A stretch of 55,394 bases of DNA from positions 1 through 55,394 of the IMG/VR virus record IMGVR_UViG_3300033486_000002; one strand, given 5' to 3'. Shown piece after piece: positions 16,952 through 26,726 of the stretch. The notes beneath the pieces are model-generated. The model saw only the letters and a list, made by a program, of their open reading frames with translations. It did no database searches and had not been told where the DNA came from. Numbering within the stretch: position 1 is the first letter of the stretch; every line of letters starts with the position of its first letter. The DNA comes from a virus. Lineage: Duplodnaviria; Caudoviricetes. Made by a program: the position numbers and the translations under genes.

Positions 16952-17587
16952 ATGCCCCTTCTTACTCTCCAGACCTTGATGTCGGAGGCCACCGCGCTCG
17001 TGGGGGGCCGCTTGGACATGACGGCTTCCCAGGTCTCCCTCTACGTCAACATGGCGCAGTTGGAGGTCGCACGGGCGCTACCGCACGGGGAGATGGAGGA
17101 GACGGTTTACCTCTCCGTCACGACATCGATTGCGACGACGAGCGCCCTTCCGCCTGATTTTGACGAACCCATGTCCATCTCACGCCTGAGCGCGTTCGAT
17201 ACGTTCAGCCACATGAACCTGACGCGGGTGAGCATCGGAGAGGTGGACGACGCCAGCGATTCGGCCGGTACGGGCACCGGCTCGCCGACACGGTACGCGC
17301 TCCACGAGCAGGACATCTGGCTCTACCCTATGCCCTCCAGCGCGCTGTCGCTCAGGTTGCGCTACCGCCGGGTGCCGACCGACATGACCGCCCTCACGGC
17401 GATGCCGAGTCTGCACACGAGGTATCATCCCGCCATCCTCTACAAGACGGCGGAGAACCTCGCCATGCGGGCGGTGGACCCCCAGTTGGCGGCGTACTAC
17501 CGGAACACGTACATCAGTTTCATGCAGGCGACGCCGAGTACGCAGGAGGTCCGGGGGCGCTCGGAGCGCCAGAACACGGAACGCTAG
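16952..17587 (+). CDS. Putative head-tail adaptor, copy 1
   Basis: LP.DF, GSPTRY, IWLYPMP, LRYRR, YHPAIL motifs typical of podovirus adaptors. Confidence 0.7.
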   Translation: MPLLTLQTLMSEATALVGGRLDMTASQVSLYVNMAQLEVARALPHGEMEETVYLSVTTSIATTSALPPDFDEPMSISRLSAFDTFSHMNLTRVSIGEVDDASDSAGTGTGSPTRYALHEQDIWLYPMPSSALSLRLRYRRVPTDMTALTAMPSLHTRYHPAILYKTAENLAMRAVDPQLAAYYRNTYISFMQATPSTQEVRGRSERQNTER

Positions 17588-18229
17588 ATGACGTGGCAAC
17601 TGCAAGACCTTCTCTCTGAGGCGACGACCATCGCTGGTACGCCACCGGGACTACCCACGTCCCGCGTGTCGCAACTGGCGAATCAGGCCATCCGCGGCAT
17701 CGCTGCGCGGTTGCCGCACCCCGAACTGGAGGAGGTGGCGACGGGTTCCACGGTCACCTCCTCCAACGAGGCCACACTTCCCTCGGACTGCGAAGCCATC
17801 CTCTGCCTCTCGTTCGATACCGACGTGGCGGGTGTCGGCGGGCGTGTCATCCGGCAAGCGGCACCGTGGGAACTGGACGCCGTGAGCGACGGGACAGAGC
17901 AGGGTATCCCGCGCATGTACATCTCGTGGCAGACGTGGCTGGAGTTCTACCCCTCGCCCGACAGCGCGTACAGCCTGCTCCTGCGATACCGCAAGCGCGT
18001 GAGCGACATCACCAGCCTCACCGCGCGGGCGAGCCTCGACACGCGGTACGATCAGGCGGTACTACTCAAGACGGTGGAGTACCTGCACCTGAGGAAGGGC
18101 GAATACGACAAGGTGGCGTTGGCGCGTGAGATGTACGAACGGGAGTTGAAGCAGATACCGAACTGGTACGCCGTGCGCCAGCAGAACCGCACCGGGATGG
18201 GACTCCGCTACCAGAGCGAGGAGGACTGA
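17588..18229 (+). CDS. Putative head-tail adaptor, paralogous copy 2
   Basis: LPSDC, GIPRMY, LEFYPSPD, LRYRK, LDTRYDQAVLLK align by eye with the preceding ORF. Confidence 0.7.
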   Translation: MTWQLQDLLSEATTIAGTPPGLPTSRVSQLANQAIRGIAARLPHPELEEVATGSTVTSSNEATLPSDCEAILCLSFDTDVAGVGGRVIRQAAPWELDAVSDGTEQGIPRMYISWQTWLEFYPSPDSAYSLLLRYRKRVSDITSLTARASLDTRYDQAVLLKTVEYLHLRKGEYDKVALAREMYERELKQIPNWYAVRQQNRTGMGLRYQSEED

Positions 18230-18639
18230 TGTCGGCCACGTTCAGCAAGTTCTCCGTGCTGGTACAGGACCTCGGACGCGGTTACCACAACTGGTCCACG
18301 GACTCGCTCAAGGTACACCTCACCAACGCGACCCCGAGCCCGAACAACACCGCCTACGGCACGCCTGCGGACCTGAGCACCAGTGGGGGTTACACGGCGG
18401 GCGGAACGGCGATCATCAATTCGTGGACGCGCGAGGCCAGCGTGGCGACGCTCTCGGGGTCCGACGTGTCATGGGGCGCGACGGGCGTCATCGGCCCGTT
18501 CCGCTACGCGGTGCTCTACAACTCATCCACCACCACCAAGTCGCTCATCGGCTACTGGGACTACGGTGCCGCGCTCTCGCTTAATACCGGCGAGACGTTC
18601 ACCGTGGACTTCGGAACCTCGGTACTGACCCTGGCCTGA
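18229..18639 (+). CDS. Virion structural protein
   Basis: ATFSKF...LKVHLTN...GGYTAGG...GPFRYAVLYN...LIGYWDYG...GETFTVDF, a widespread phage structural family pattern. Confidence 0.75.
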   Translation: MSATFSKFSVLVQDLGRGYHNWSTDSLKVHLTNATPSPNNTAYGTPADLSTSGGYTAGGTAIINSWTREASVATLSGSDVSWGATGVIGPFRYAVLYNSSTTTKSLIGYWDYGAALSLNTGETFTVDFGTSVLTLA

Positions 18640-18646
18640 TACCTAC

Positions 18647-20377
18647 GTGGCACCATCTCGGCACGTCTACTGTACGCCGTCCACCGCCCACGTCGTGTTG
18701 AACCGACTATCGGCGCCGAAGACGGTAACGATGACCCTGTATGCAACCGGCATCGGGCCTGGAGTAGAGGCGTTGAACAGGGCTCAGGTCTCCGGGGCCG
18801 TAGACAACGTCACGCTTACCAGCACCCCCGCAGACGGCGCAGAGATAAACATGGGTTTCGGACCCTATAATGGCCTTGTGGGCGTGGACCCGGAGCCGAT
18901 GATTACGCTTTCGGCCACACTCACGGTGGACGATCCGGGGGAGGAGGTCGGCGAGGGCATGTTCCTCGTCTGGCCCTTTGGCCCGATATACGTTCGTGGC
19001 GCGAGTGAAGACCAACTCATCTACGATACGTTTGTTGACGCCGACGGGACGTTGTTGGATGACCACACTCCCGATACTCAACCAGTGGGTGGTGTGGCGG
19101 GCTGGATGGGGTCCGCGTGCAACAACAATGGGTCCGTAGACAGTGCCTACGGGTCGGCGTTCGTCATTGGGGGCAACAGCGGCAACCGCTACGCGGGACG
19201 GCTCTACAGCGGGCTCAATGACGACTACTGTGTCTATGCGGACATCCGCCGAGAGGGTAGCGGGGTCGGGGACCGGGAACTCGGCATTAGTATCCGCAAC
19301 TCGCAGGTGACGGGGGTGGTGGATACCGCCGTTGACACGCTGCGGTTTTACGAGGAGTACAACAGCGCCACCACCGCCAACCTGACGTGGTCACAGGTGT
19401 CGAACCTACTCTCGGGCGGCGGCGACGGCTCGACACTAACGTCGCAGGTGGGGTTCACGTCGGTCGCGTGGGCGCAATGGGGAATCAAGCGCCTACTGAT
19501 GCACGTCAGCGGGGCCACGGTGCGCCTCTACAGCGGCGACAGCGCGGGTGCGGGAAACTATACGCTCCACAAGACGTTCAGCCTCACGACGGCGTGGAAC
19601 GACGCCAGTCACCAGTATTGCGGCCTCACGTACACGCACTTGGATCAAGGGGCGGGATTCGCGCTGTTCGGGTCCAGCCAGATAAGCCTCGGCATCTCTC
19701 CCTCGGGCCAGAGCGCGGTCTGTGTGACGGGGTACTCGGACAGTACTGGCACGGTGACCGGCGTCGGTAGCGTCTTCCATATCCCGCTTGGGTTCCCGGT
19801 CTCCGACCTTACCAGCACCACGTCCTATGTGGACGGGACCGGATGGCTGGAGGTGTCGATGGTCACCACCACCAGTCCAACGGACGTAACGATGGTCTGC
19901 AACGCTGCGAGCGCTACGACGGGCGTGCAGCGGGCGGTGGTGACGTTTGACTCCCCGGACACGGATAATGTGGCACAGGATATGCTCGTCAGTTTTCTCG
20001 TCACGACCGGAGTGAACAACGGGACGGCGGAGATCGTCGGTGCCCCCGCGAGCCTACTCAAGAGTAGTATGATCTCGGTCGCCGCAACGGGCTACGAGGT
20101 CACGGGGTCCGAGGCGACGGTCCTACGTTACGCCGCCATTGACGCGGCGAGCGGCGAGATGGGGGCCACGCTGGCTGATGTCACACTGGCGAAAGGGCAC
20201 GTCTGGGGAGTGGGCGGAACACGGTGCGCGCTCGCGGGAGCCCGGACAATGCTACTGCTGAATGGATGGGGCAAGCCCGATGCGGCGGGTGACTCCGACT
20301 GGACTGAGGGCGCTGACCCCGATGCGACGACGTGGACGAGCGAGTGGCGGCCCCGCGCCAAACTGCCGACACCGTGA
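18647..20377 (+). CDS. Beta-rich virion/receptor-binding-like protein
   Basis: 576 aa, S/T/G-rich; DTFVDADGTLLDDHTPD lectin-like segment; structural context. Confidence 0.6.
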   Translation: MAPSRHVYCTPSTAHVVLNRLSAPKTVTMTLYATGIGPGVEALNRAQVSGAVDNVTLTSTPADGAEINMGFGPYNGLVGVDPEPMITLSATLTVDDPGEEVGEGMFLVWPFGPIYVRGASEDQLIYDTFVDADGTLLDDHTPDTQPVGGVAGWMGSACNNNGSVDSAYGSAFVIGGNSGNRYAGRLYSGLNDDYCVYADIRREGSGVGDRELGISIRNSQVTGVVDTAVDTLRFYEEYNSATTANLTWSQVSNLLSGGGDGSTLTSQVGFTSVAWAQWGIKRLLMHVSGATVRLYSGDSAGAGNYTLHKTFSLTTAWNDASHQYCGLTYTHLDQGAGFALFGSSQISLGISPSGQSAVCVTGYSDSTGTVTGVGSVFHIPLGFPVSDLTSTTSYVDGTGWLEVSMVTTTSPTDVTMVCNAASATTGVQRAVVTFDSPDTDNVAQDMLVSFLVTTGVNNGTAEIVGAPASLLKSSMISVAATGYEVTGSEATVLRYAAIDAASGEMGATLADVTLAKGHVWGVGGTRCALAGARTMLLLNGWGKPDAAGDSDWTEGADPDATTWTSEWRPRAKLPTP

Positions 20378-22260
20378 AGTTGCCCGTAGTCGCCGCCTGT
20401 CTGGTGCGGAACGAGGCCGACCGCTACTGGGCAAAAGTACTCAACCACCTGAGTAAACAGGTGGATGGCATCGTGGTAGTGGATGATCACTCTACGGACG
20501 CCACGCCCGCGATTACGGACGCCTGCCCCGCCGTAATCAAGCACATTCGGCTAACGGACGAGCCGATGTGGGGAAAAGAGGCTCCGGTACGGCAACTACT
20601 GTGGGAGGCGGCGAGTGAACACGGACGCTGGGTGCTGGTCAACGACGCGGACCAACTGCTGGTCGGTGACGTGCGCGCCCTCTGCCGGACCACGGAACAC
20701 AACTCCTGGGCCTTTGTCCTGTACGACCTCTGGGGCGACCGGAACCATTATCGTGACGATGCGTTCTGGTGCGCCCATCATCATCACCGGCCCTGGTTGT
20801 TCCGTCCTGATCGAGTGCCTGACGGCTGGCGAGCAGAATGGGCGGGCCGTGGCGTGCATTGCGGTCACGCCCCGAGCAACTTCCCGCTCTCGTGCGGCAT
20901 TGCGCCGTCTGAGAGTTTTCATTGGCTCCATCTGGGCTACGTTACTGCGGCTGACCGCGAAGCGAAACTAACCCGTTACCGTTCCGTAGGAGGCCAGTTG
21001 ACCGAGCAAGAGCGCGCCCACGCCGAGAGCATCGCCGACGTGAGTCCCGTGGTGCGCATCCTTCCGTCCGAGAAACCCATCCGTGTCCTCGTCGGCACAT
21101 CGGTACGCAAACGGCTGGACGTGCTGCGTCCGCACCTCGACACATTGGCGTGGCAGGACCTCCCGCCCAAGGTGCAGGTGGACTACTGTTTCGTACCGGA
21201 TTTCGAGGACCAGACCGATCCCGCGTGCCTTTACCTCCAGCAATGGACGGCAGAGCACAAGGGCGTTCTCCTACAGGGGATGCCGCCGACACCGAACGAC
21301 TTCCGCGATAGTGGCGACGTGACGCACCAATGGACCGCGACGGCGATGACCCGCGTGGGACAGAACAAGAACCGCATCCTGCGCCACGGGGTCCAGAACC
21401 ATTACGACTACATCTGGCTCGTGGATAGCGACCTTCTGCTGGACCAGTACGTGCTGCGGAGCCTGCTCGACTGCCGTCAGGCCATCGTGAGCGCCGTCTA
21501 CTGGACGCGGTGGAACAAGCCGGGGATGCACTCCGCGCCGCAGGTGTGGCTCAAGCACGTCTACGAACCGTTCCAGTCCGGGGGCACGGCGCGTGGCCTT
21601 ACCGAACGTGAGTTCCGCCAGAAACTCGTGTCCCGGAATCTGACACAGGTCTGGGGTCTCGGGGCCTGCACCCTGATTCGGCGCGACGTAGTGGAGAAGG
21701 GTGTCGGGTTCCATCGGTTCCCTGGCCTGCCGGGTGGCGGGCTCTGGGACGGGGAGGACCGCCACTTCTGTACTTGGGCGGAGCACCTACACGTCCGCAT
21801 GGCGGCAGACCCCTGGCCCGACATCTTCCACGTCTATCACGACGACGACACCGCCCGTATCGGGGAGATGAAACAGCGATTCAGTGAGGGACGTGGCTAC
21901 CACCCGGAACTCGGGGACCTCGTGAGCCTACGCCTGAGCCCGCTGGAGGAACCCGGTGGCCTGAGCGAGATGGTGCGGTGCCGCCTCGGGGACGGGACGC
22001 TGATGCCCGACATCGAGGGTGCGGTGACGAAGATGGCGCGTGGCGACGTGCGGATTGTCCGCGTGCAGTTCCCCGCGCACTACCCGCTGGACGGCCTGCG
22101 CAACCGCGCGCGGCTGATTGAGGTCGTGCTTTGCGACCACAAGCAGAACGGCTGGCCCCCTGTGCTGGAGGATGAGATGTACGTAACGCCCACGGGCGCG
22201 CACGTTGATGCAACGGCGCTGGCGCCGGAACAGGAAGCTCTGATGGCGGAGGACGCATGA
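20374..22260 (+). CDS. Double family-2 glycosyltransferase with C-terminal trigger-factor-type FKBP-like domain
   Basis: GT domain 1: VRNEA, VVDDHSTDAT, NDAD, HLGY. GT domain 2: WLVDSD, GACTLIRRDV, GEDRHFC. C-terminal LGDGTLMPDIEGAV...VQFPAHY. Confidence 0.85.
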   Translation: MKLPVVAACLVRNEADRYWAKVLNHLSKQVDGIVVVDDHSTDATPAITDACPAVIKHIRLTDEPMWGKEAPVRQLLWEAASEHGRWVLVNDADQLLVGDVRALCRTTEHNSWAFVLYDLWGDRNHYRDDAFWCAHHHHRPWLFRPDRVPDGWRAEWAGRGVHCGHAPSNFPLSCGIAPSESFHWLHLGYVTAADREAKLTRYRSVGGQLTEQERAHAESIADVSPVVRILPSEKPIRVLVGTSVRKRLDVLRPHLDTLAWQDLPPKVQVDYCFVPDFEDQTDPACLYLQQWTAEHKGVLLQGMPPTPNDFRDSGDVTHQWTATAMTRVGQNKNRILRHGVQNHYDYIWLVDSDLLLDQYVLRSLLDCRQAIVSAVYWTRWNKPGMHSAPQVWLKHVYEPFQSGGTARGLTEREFRQKLVSRNLTQVWGLGACTLIRRDVVEKGVGFHRFPGLPGGGLWDGEDRHFCTWAEHLHVRMAADPWPDIFHVYHDDDTARIGEMKQRFSEGRGYHPELGDLVSLRLSPLEEPGGLSEMVRCRLGDGTLMPDIEGAVTKMARGDVRIVRVQFPAHYPLDGLRNRARLIEVVLCDHKQNGWPPVLEDEMYVTPTGAHVDATALAPEQEALMAEDA

Positions 22261-22481
22261 ACGAATGGCCGAAGTGGCGTGAGACGCCAGCGGGCGTCAG
22301 TAGTAACCGCTTTCTTGTGGTACAAACCAGCGACGGCACCGTGGCAATGTCGCCTAATATGGTGGCGAACTGGCTATACCAAGCCGACATTTGTTATGAC
22401 GACGCCCTGGTGGGACATGGAGCGATGGCGCAATACCTTGCGGACACCCGTGGACCCCATTGGTCAAGTAGCCTCACATGA
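22257..22481 (+). CDS. Small hypothetical protein, 74 aa
   Basis: ATGA-coupled on both sides. Confidence 0.5.
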   Translation: MNEWPKWRETPAGVSSNRFLVVQTSDGTVAMSPNMVANWLYQADICYDDALVGHGAMAQYLADTRGPHWSSSLT

Positions 22482-23329
22482 GCGAGCCCATCAAGATTCC
22501 TGCCGGTATGGCCTGTGTCACGACCTACGGAGAGATTCAGCACGAGACGGTGGCGGCGCTGCTGGAGTGCCGGTCGCACTCGGAGAAGCACGGCCTCACG
22601 TCGGTCGCGTGGGAGTTCGTGAGCGGGACGCTGGTGGACCGCGCGCGGAATCAGGCGGTCGCCAAGATGATGCAGCATCCCGGCAAACTGCAATGGCTGT
22701 GCTTCATCGACGGCGACTGTGTGTTCCCGCCCGATGCGCTGATGCGGCTACTGGCCTACGCATACCACGAGAACCCGGTGGCGGACATCGTGGGCGCCTA
22801 CAACCCCCTGAGAGGGGAACCCTACTTGCCGACCATCGACACGGGTACGGGAACGTGGGAGAACCACTACCCCGGCAGCGGGCCGCTGGAGGTGATGCGC
22901 ACGGGGTCCGCGTTCGTGGTGGTCAAGCGTCACGTATACGAGCGCGTGGAGGGGCCGTGGTACGGGACGCGGCATCCCTTGCGGCCAATCGACATCCTCG
23001 CGGAACTGGACAACTACGCGAACCAGAAGTTCGATGGCCGGAATCCCTTGGTGGCGACGCCGGAGTGGCAGAGCCTGCTGGAGTGCGCCCGCAGTGAGCC
23101 CAGCACCTACCGCCCGCCGGACCCCACGGCGTTCGTGGGTGAGGACAGTAACTTTTGCGATAAGGCGAGGTTCTACGAGAGGGCGAAAGGCCAAGGGTTC
23201 CGCATCTTCGTCCACACGGACATCGTGTGCGGGCACGTTGACAAGAGGATCGTCACTTGGCGGGACCACAAGGCGTCGATAGACAAGTCGGCGGAGCGGG
23301 TGAGACTCCTGTGCGGGGTGATGCGATGA
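22478..23329 (+). CDS. Family-2 (GT-A) glycosyltransferase
   Basis: VDRARN, FIDGD (DxD), TGSAFVVVKR, GEDSNFC, DIVCGH. Confidence 0.85.
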   Translation: MSEPIKIPAGMACVTTYGEIQHETVAALLECRSHSEKHGLTSVAWEFVSGTLVDRARNQAVAKMMQHPGKLQWLCFIDGDCVFPPDALMRLLAYAYHENPVADIVGAYNPLRGEPYLPTIDTGTGTWENHYPGSGPLEVMRTGSAFVVVKRHVYERVEGPWYGTRHPLRPIDILAELDNYANQKFDGRNPLVATPEWQSLLECARSEPSTYRPPDPTAFVGEDSNFCDKARFYERAKGQGFRIFVHTDIVCGHVDKRIVTWRDHKASIDKSAERVRLLCGVMR

Positions 23330-23514
23330 CGAGGCGCGATGTGCTGGCGACTCCGGTGCGCACGGAGTTCGATTATGGCGATCTGGAGAAGGTCGCCAAG
23401 CGGATGTACGACCTGTTCGTGGAGCATTCGGCGGCGGAGACTCTTGTTTGGGAGGACGGGTACAACCGTGCGCGCGTACTGCGCGAGGCCGTCGAGAGCG
23501 TCGCGGGATACTAG
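23326..23514 (+). CDS. Small hypothetical protein (MTRRDVLATP...)
   Basis: ATGA coupling to the GT stop. Confidence 0.5.
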   Translation: MTRRDVLATPVRTEFDYGDLEKVAKRMYDLFVEHSAAETLVWEDGYNRARVLREAVESVAGY

Positions 23515-23730
23515 CGGCCCGTGGCCCAAACAGACGCCGATACGGTGTGGCGTGTGTTCCGGGCGCTGCGCGCACACGGGCCGGAGCGTGGAACGCTATC
23601 TCGTGGCGTCGAGCGCCAGCGCGGCGATGTGCCTGAACTGCGGCACCAACTGGCTCTGGCTCCCGCCAACGCCGACGGGTTTGCGGGGCTACCCCTAGCG
23701 GACTAGGTTTCAAGGGACCGGGAGGGTGCA

Positions 23731-24315
23731 ATGCCGACCATCGGGTGGGACGAGAACGCGCCAGCGGACGCCGACGCCGCCTCCAGCGGTGACGACGCCA
23801 TCCGTAGCCTGAAGACCAACCTCTCCGGTGGTCTCGGGACCTCCATGTACTGGCCCGGCACGGCGGGGGGTTCCGCCGCCAGCGCGGGGGAGATGAAACT
23901 CGGGGCGGCGCGCACATTCTACGCCGCCGAGAGCGCGGTCAGCAAGGCGCAGGACGGCCAACTGATGTATACCAGCGACAAGAGCCGCCTCTGGTACGTC
24001 GGCACCACGGGGCCAGTGCTGGTGGGCGGGCAGTTCTGTGTCGCCAGCGCGGTCAACCCTGGCGCGGGCGCGCGGTGGCAACTCGACAGCGGCGTGACGT
24101 TTAGCGGGGGATGGGTGCCGTTCAACGTGACCTACGGTGTGGCGCCCAAGGTCACGGTATCGCTGGACACCACGCTGTCCAAGGGCGCGCTGAGTTGCGT
24201 CACGGGTGTCGGCACAACGGGCTTCTACTGTTCCGCATACAACGCGGAGAACGTGCTCTACGCCGCATCCGCGTACAGTGTGCGCTGGATGTCGCTCGGC
24301 ACCGTGGCGATCTAG
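23731..24315 (+). CDS. Short tail-fibre-like protein with possible H-type-lectin-like C-terminus, copy 1
   Basis: N-terminal WDENAP...GDDAIRSLK; C-terminal FNVTYGVAPKVTVS...TTGF...WMSLG. Confidence 0.65.
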   Translation: MPTIGWDENAPADADAASSGDDAIRSLKTNLSGGLGTSMYWPGTAGGSAASAGEMKLGAARTFYAAESAVSKAQDGQLMYTSDKSRLWYVGTTGPVLVGGQFCVASAVNPGAGARWQLDSGVTFSGGWVPFNVTYGVAPKVTVSLDTTLSKGALSCVTGVGTTGFYCSAYNAENVLYAASAYSVRWMSLGTVAI

Positions 24316-24318
24316 GCC

Positions 24319-24927
24319 ATGCCCATCACCTGGGACGAATCGCTTCCCGGCGACGGCGACTACCTGAGTCAAGGCGCGGACTCCATCCGCACGCTCAAAC
24401 GGGAGTTCGCCGAGGGCATCGTGCCCGCGATGTACTGGCCGGGGAGTGGTGGCGGGTCGGCGGCCAGTGCGGGCGAGATGAAGCTCGGCACCTTCAAGAC
24501 GCACTACGAGGTGCGGAGCGGTCTTAGTGTCGGGGCGCGGAACGGGTCGCTGTTGTTCGCGTCCGACACGTCCGAGTGCTACATGATACAGACCAGCGTG
24601 GACAGTCTGCCCGTGCTCCACGGCTACGCAATCGAGCATCCGCGCAGCGCGGTGAGTACCGTCTACTGGGTCGTGTCCAGCGGGACGGGGTCCACGGCGG
24701 AGGACAAGTCCTTCGGCGTGACCTACAAGGGCCGCCCGCTGATTACCACCAGTTGGGTCACCACTCTGACGACACCGGAGTATCCAATCGCCATCACGGT
24801 CGGCGCGGTGACGACGACGCAGTTCACGCCCTCGGGCTGGAGCATCATCGACGTGCCAGCCGTGGACTGGGTGCAGGAGATGGCGCAGTTGTTCCACTGG
24901 ATTTCGATTGGGACGGTGGACGTATGA
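24319..24927 (+). CDS. Short tail-fibre-like protein, paralogous copy 2
   Basis: Shares MYWPG..GGSAASAGEMKLG and W(M/I)S(L/I)GTV with copy 1. Confidence 0.65.
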   Translation: MPITWDESLPGDGDYLSQGADSIRTLKREFAEGIVPAMYWPGSGGGSAASAGEMKLGTFKTHYEVRSGLSVGARNGSLLFASDTSECYMIQTSVDSLPVLHGYAIEHPRSAVSTVYWVVSSGTGSTAEDKSFGVTYKGRPLITTSWVTTLTTPEYPIAITVGAVTTTQFTPSGWSIIDVPAVDWVQEMAQLFHWISIGTVDV

Positions 24928-26726
24928 GCCCCAAGACGCCGTTCGGCACACCCATTGAGATACCGCCTCCGGCCAAGAAGGAACGGGTTGCGCCAGGGAA
25001 GCGCGGTTTCGGACTGGAGATTGACCCGTCACAGGCACCGCCCAAGAAGCAATCGGCCACTCAGACGAAGCGTTCATTCGGGCTGGAGGTGGACCCTGCG
25101 CAGGCTCCGCCCAAGCGTGAGCGGCCCGCGCCATCGTTCGCGCCGAAGCCTATCCAGCCCATTGATGTCGCGCCGCCGTCGTCCACCCTGATGACGTTCA
25201 AGACGGTGGCTCTGGGCCTGATGGAGAACGTCCCCGCGCCCAACCTCCCGGCGGGCGCCACGCCAGAGGCGCAGAACGTGTTGGCGCGCGAGGGCGTGCT
25301 GGAGCCGCGCTACCGGCTGGCGAAAGTGGGTAGCGGGTCCTCGCTCTGTGACGACGTGCTGGCGATGGGCGAGATGGTGAACACCGCCGGTACGCGATAT
25401 CCTTTTGCTATCAGTGCCGCGACGATGTCGTACTACTCGGGTTCCGTGTGGACCTTCGGGTCCTACTTTGCCAACGGCGTGAACGACCCGCCCTCGGCGG
25501 CGGACACCGTCTACATCGACGCGGTGCAGATTTACGAGCCGGTCTCCGACGACAACGCCATCGCGTGGGTCAACGGCACGGACCAGTGTTTCGTCGCCAG
25601 CGGGTACACGAAGGGGTTCTCCAGCCTGACGAACGCGCCCATCGCCAAGACCATCGCGGTGTTCGACAACCGCGTGGTCTGGGGCAACATCACCAGCGGG
25701 GGTACGACCTACCCGCAACGCATCCAGTACAGCGAGAAATGGAACCCGTCGATCACCACGGCCCCGACCGGGGGGTTCGAGGACGAGACGGACGCGCGCG
25801 GCGCGCTGCTCAGGCTCATCTCCGACGGCGACCGGGTGCTGGCGTACTTCGAGCACGAACTCTGGTACGGCTATGCGGTGGACTACCCGTTCAACCTGAC
25901 GTTCCTACCGCTGGACCGGAGCACCGGCTGTTCGGGCGCGTGGGCCGTGTGCCAGACGCCGAAGGGTGTGTTCCACCTCGGGTCCGACTACATGCCCTAC
26001 ATCACCCCGCGCGGAGGACTGCCGCAGGCCGTGGGGCAGGCGGTATGGAAGACGTTGCGCGAGGACATCGACTACCCGACGCGCGCCCACGCGGAGTACA
26101 ACCCCCAGACGGGCGAGGTGGTGCTCTGCTACGCGCATCAGGGCGGCACCGGGCGGCCCAAGCGGGCGCTGACGTTCGACATCAATACAGGCGTATGGAC
26201 GCCGCAGACGTTCGATGTCGCCATCACCCGGCTCGGGGTGGGCGACTACACGTCCAGTTCGGTGACGTGGGGCGGGCTGGTGGGGACGTGGGCGCAACAG
26301 ACGAAGACATGGAGCCAGTTGGGCGGCACCGCCAGCGCGCGGGTACTCTACGCGGGCACATCCACCGGCACCATCGCGGCGTTCACCTCGGACGCCACGA
26401 ACGACCTCGGGACCGCCGTGGAGACCAAGTATCTCGCGGTGGTGCCGAACGAGGACCCGGCGCGGAAGATGTACGTGCGCGAGGTGCGGCTGGACTACCG
26501 CGCGGCCAGCGCATCGAGCCTCACGCTCAAGATGTCCGGCGACTTCGGTACGACGTGGCAGTCGGAGGTCGGCGTGGCGTTGCCGACCGCGCCCACGAGC
26601 GCGCAGACGACCGTGTGGGTCGGTGCGGAGGCGATCTATCCCACCATCCTGTTCCAGCACGACCAGGGGCACCGCTTCGCCATCCAGCGGGCCATCGCGG
26701 TCGTGACACCGACGGGCCGTGGCTGA
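24924..26726 (+). CDS. Tail nozzle/stabilisation protein (P22 gp10-like beta-propeller)
   Basis: ATG 24924; WVNGTD, FDNRVVWGN, RIQYS, beta-rich repeats, TW...TW...TW segment; position before the fibre. Confidence 0.7.
   Translation: MSPKTPFGTPIEIPPPAKKERVAPGKRGFGLEIDPSQAPPKKQSATQTKRSFGLEVDPAQAPPKRERPAPSFAPKPIQPIDVAPPSSTLMTFKTVALGLMENVPAPNLPAGATPEAQNVLAREGVLEPRYRLAKVGSGSSLCDDVLAMGEMVNTAGTRYPFAISAATMSYYSGSVWTFGSYFANGVNDPPSAADTVYIDAVQIYEPVSDDNAIAWVNGTDQCFVASGYTKGFSSLTNAPIAKTIAVFDNRVVWGNITSGGTTYPQRIQYSEKWNPSITTAPTGGFEDETDARGALLRLISDGDRVLAYFEHELWYGYAVDYPFNLTFLPLDRSTGCSGAWAVCQTPKGVFHLGSDYMPYITPRGGLPQAVGQAVWKTLREDIDYPTRAHAEYNPQTGEVVLCYAHQGGTGRPKRALTFDINTGVWTPQTFDVAITRLGVGDYTSSSVTWGGLVGTWAQQTKTWSQLGGTASARVLYAGTSTGTIAAFTSDATNDLGTAVETKYLAVVPNEDPARKMYVREVRLDYRAASASSLTLKMSGDFGTTWQSEVGVALPTAPTSAQTTVWVGAEAIYPTILFQHDQGHRFAIQRAIAVVTPTGRG

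Noticed and set aside
23339-23706. Zinc-ribbon gene (CGVC...CLNC) versus the alternative 61-aa ORF
   Set aside because: No convincing start or RBS to choose between frames; left uncalled.
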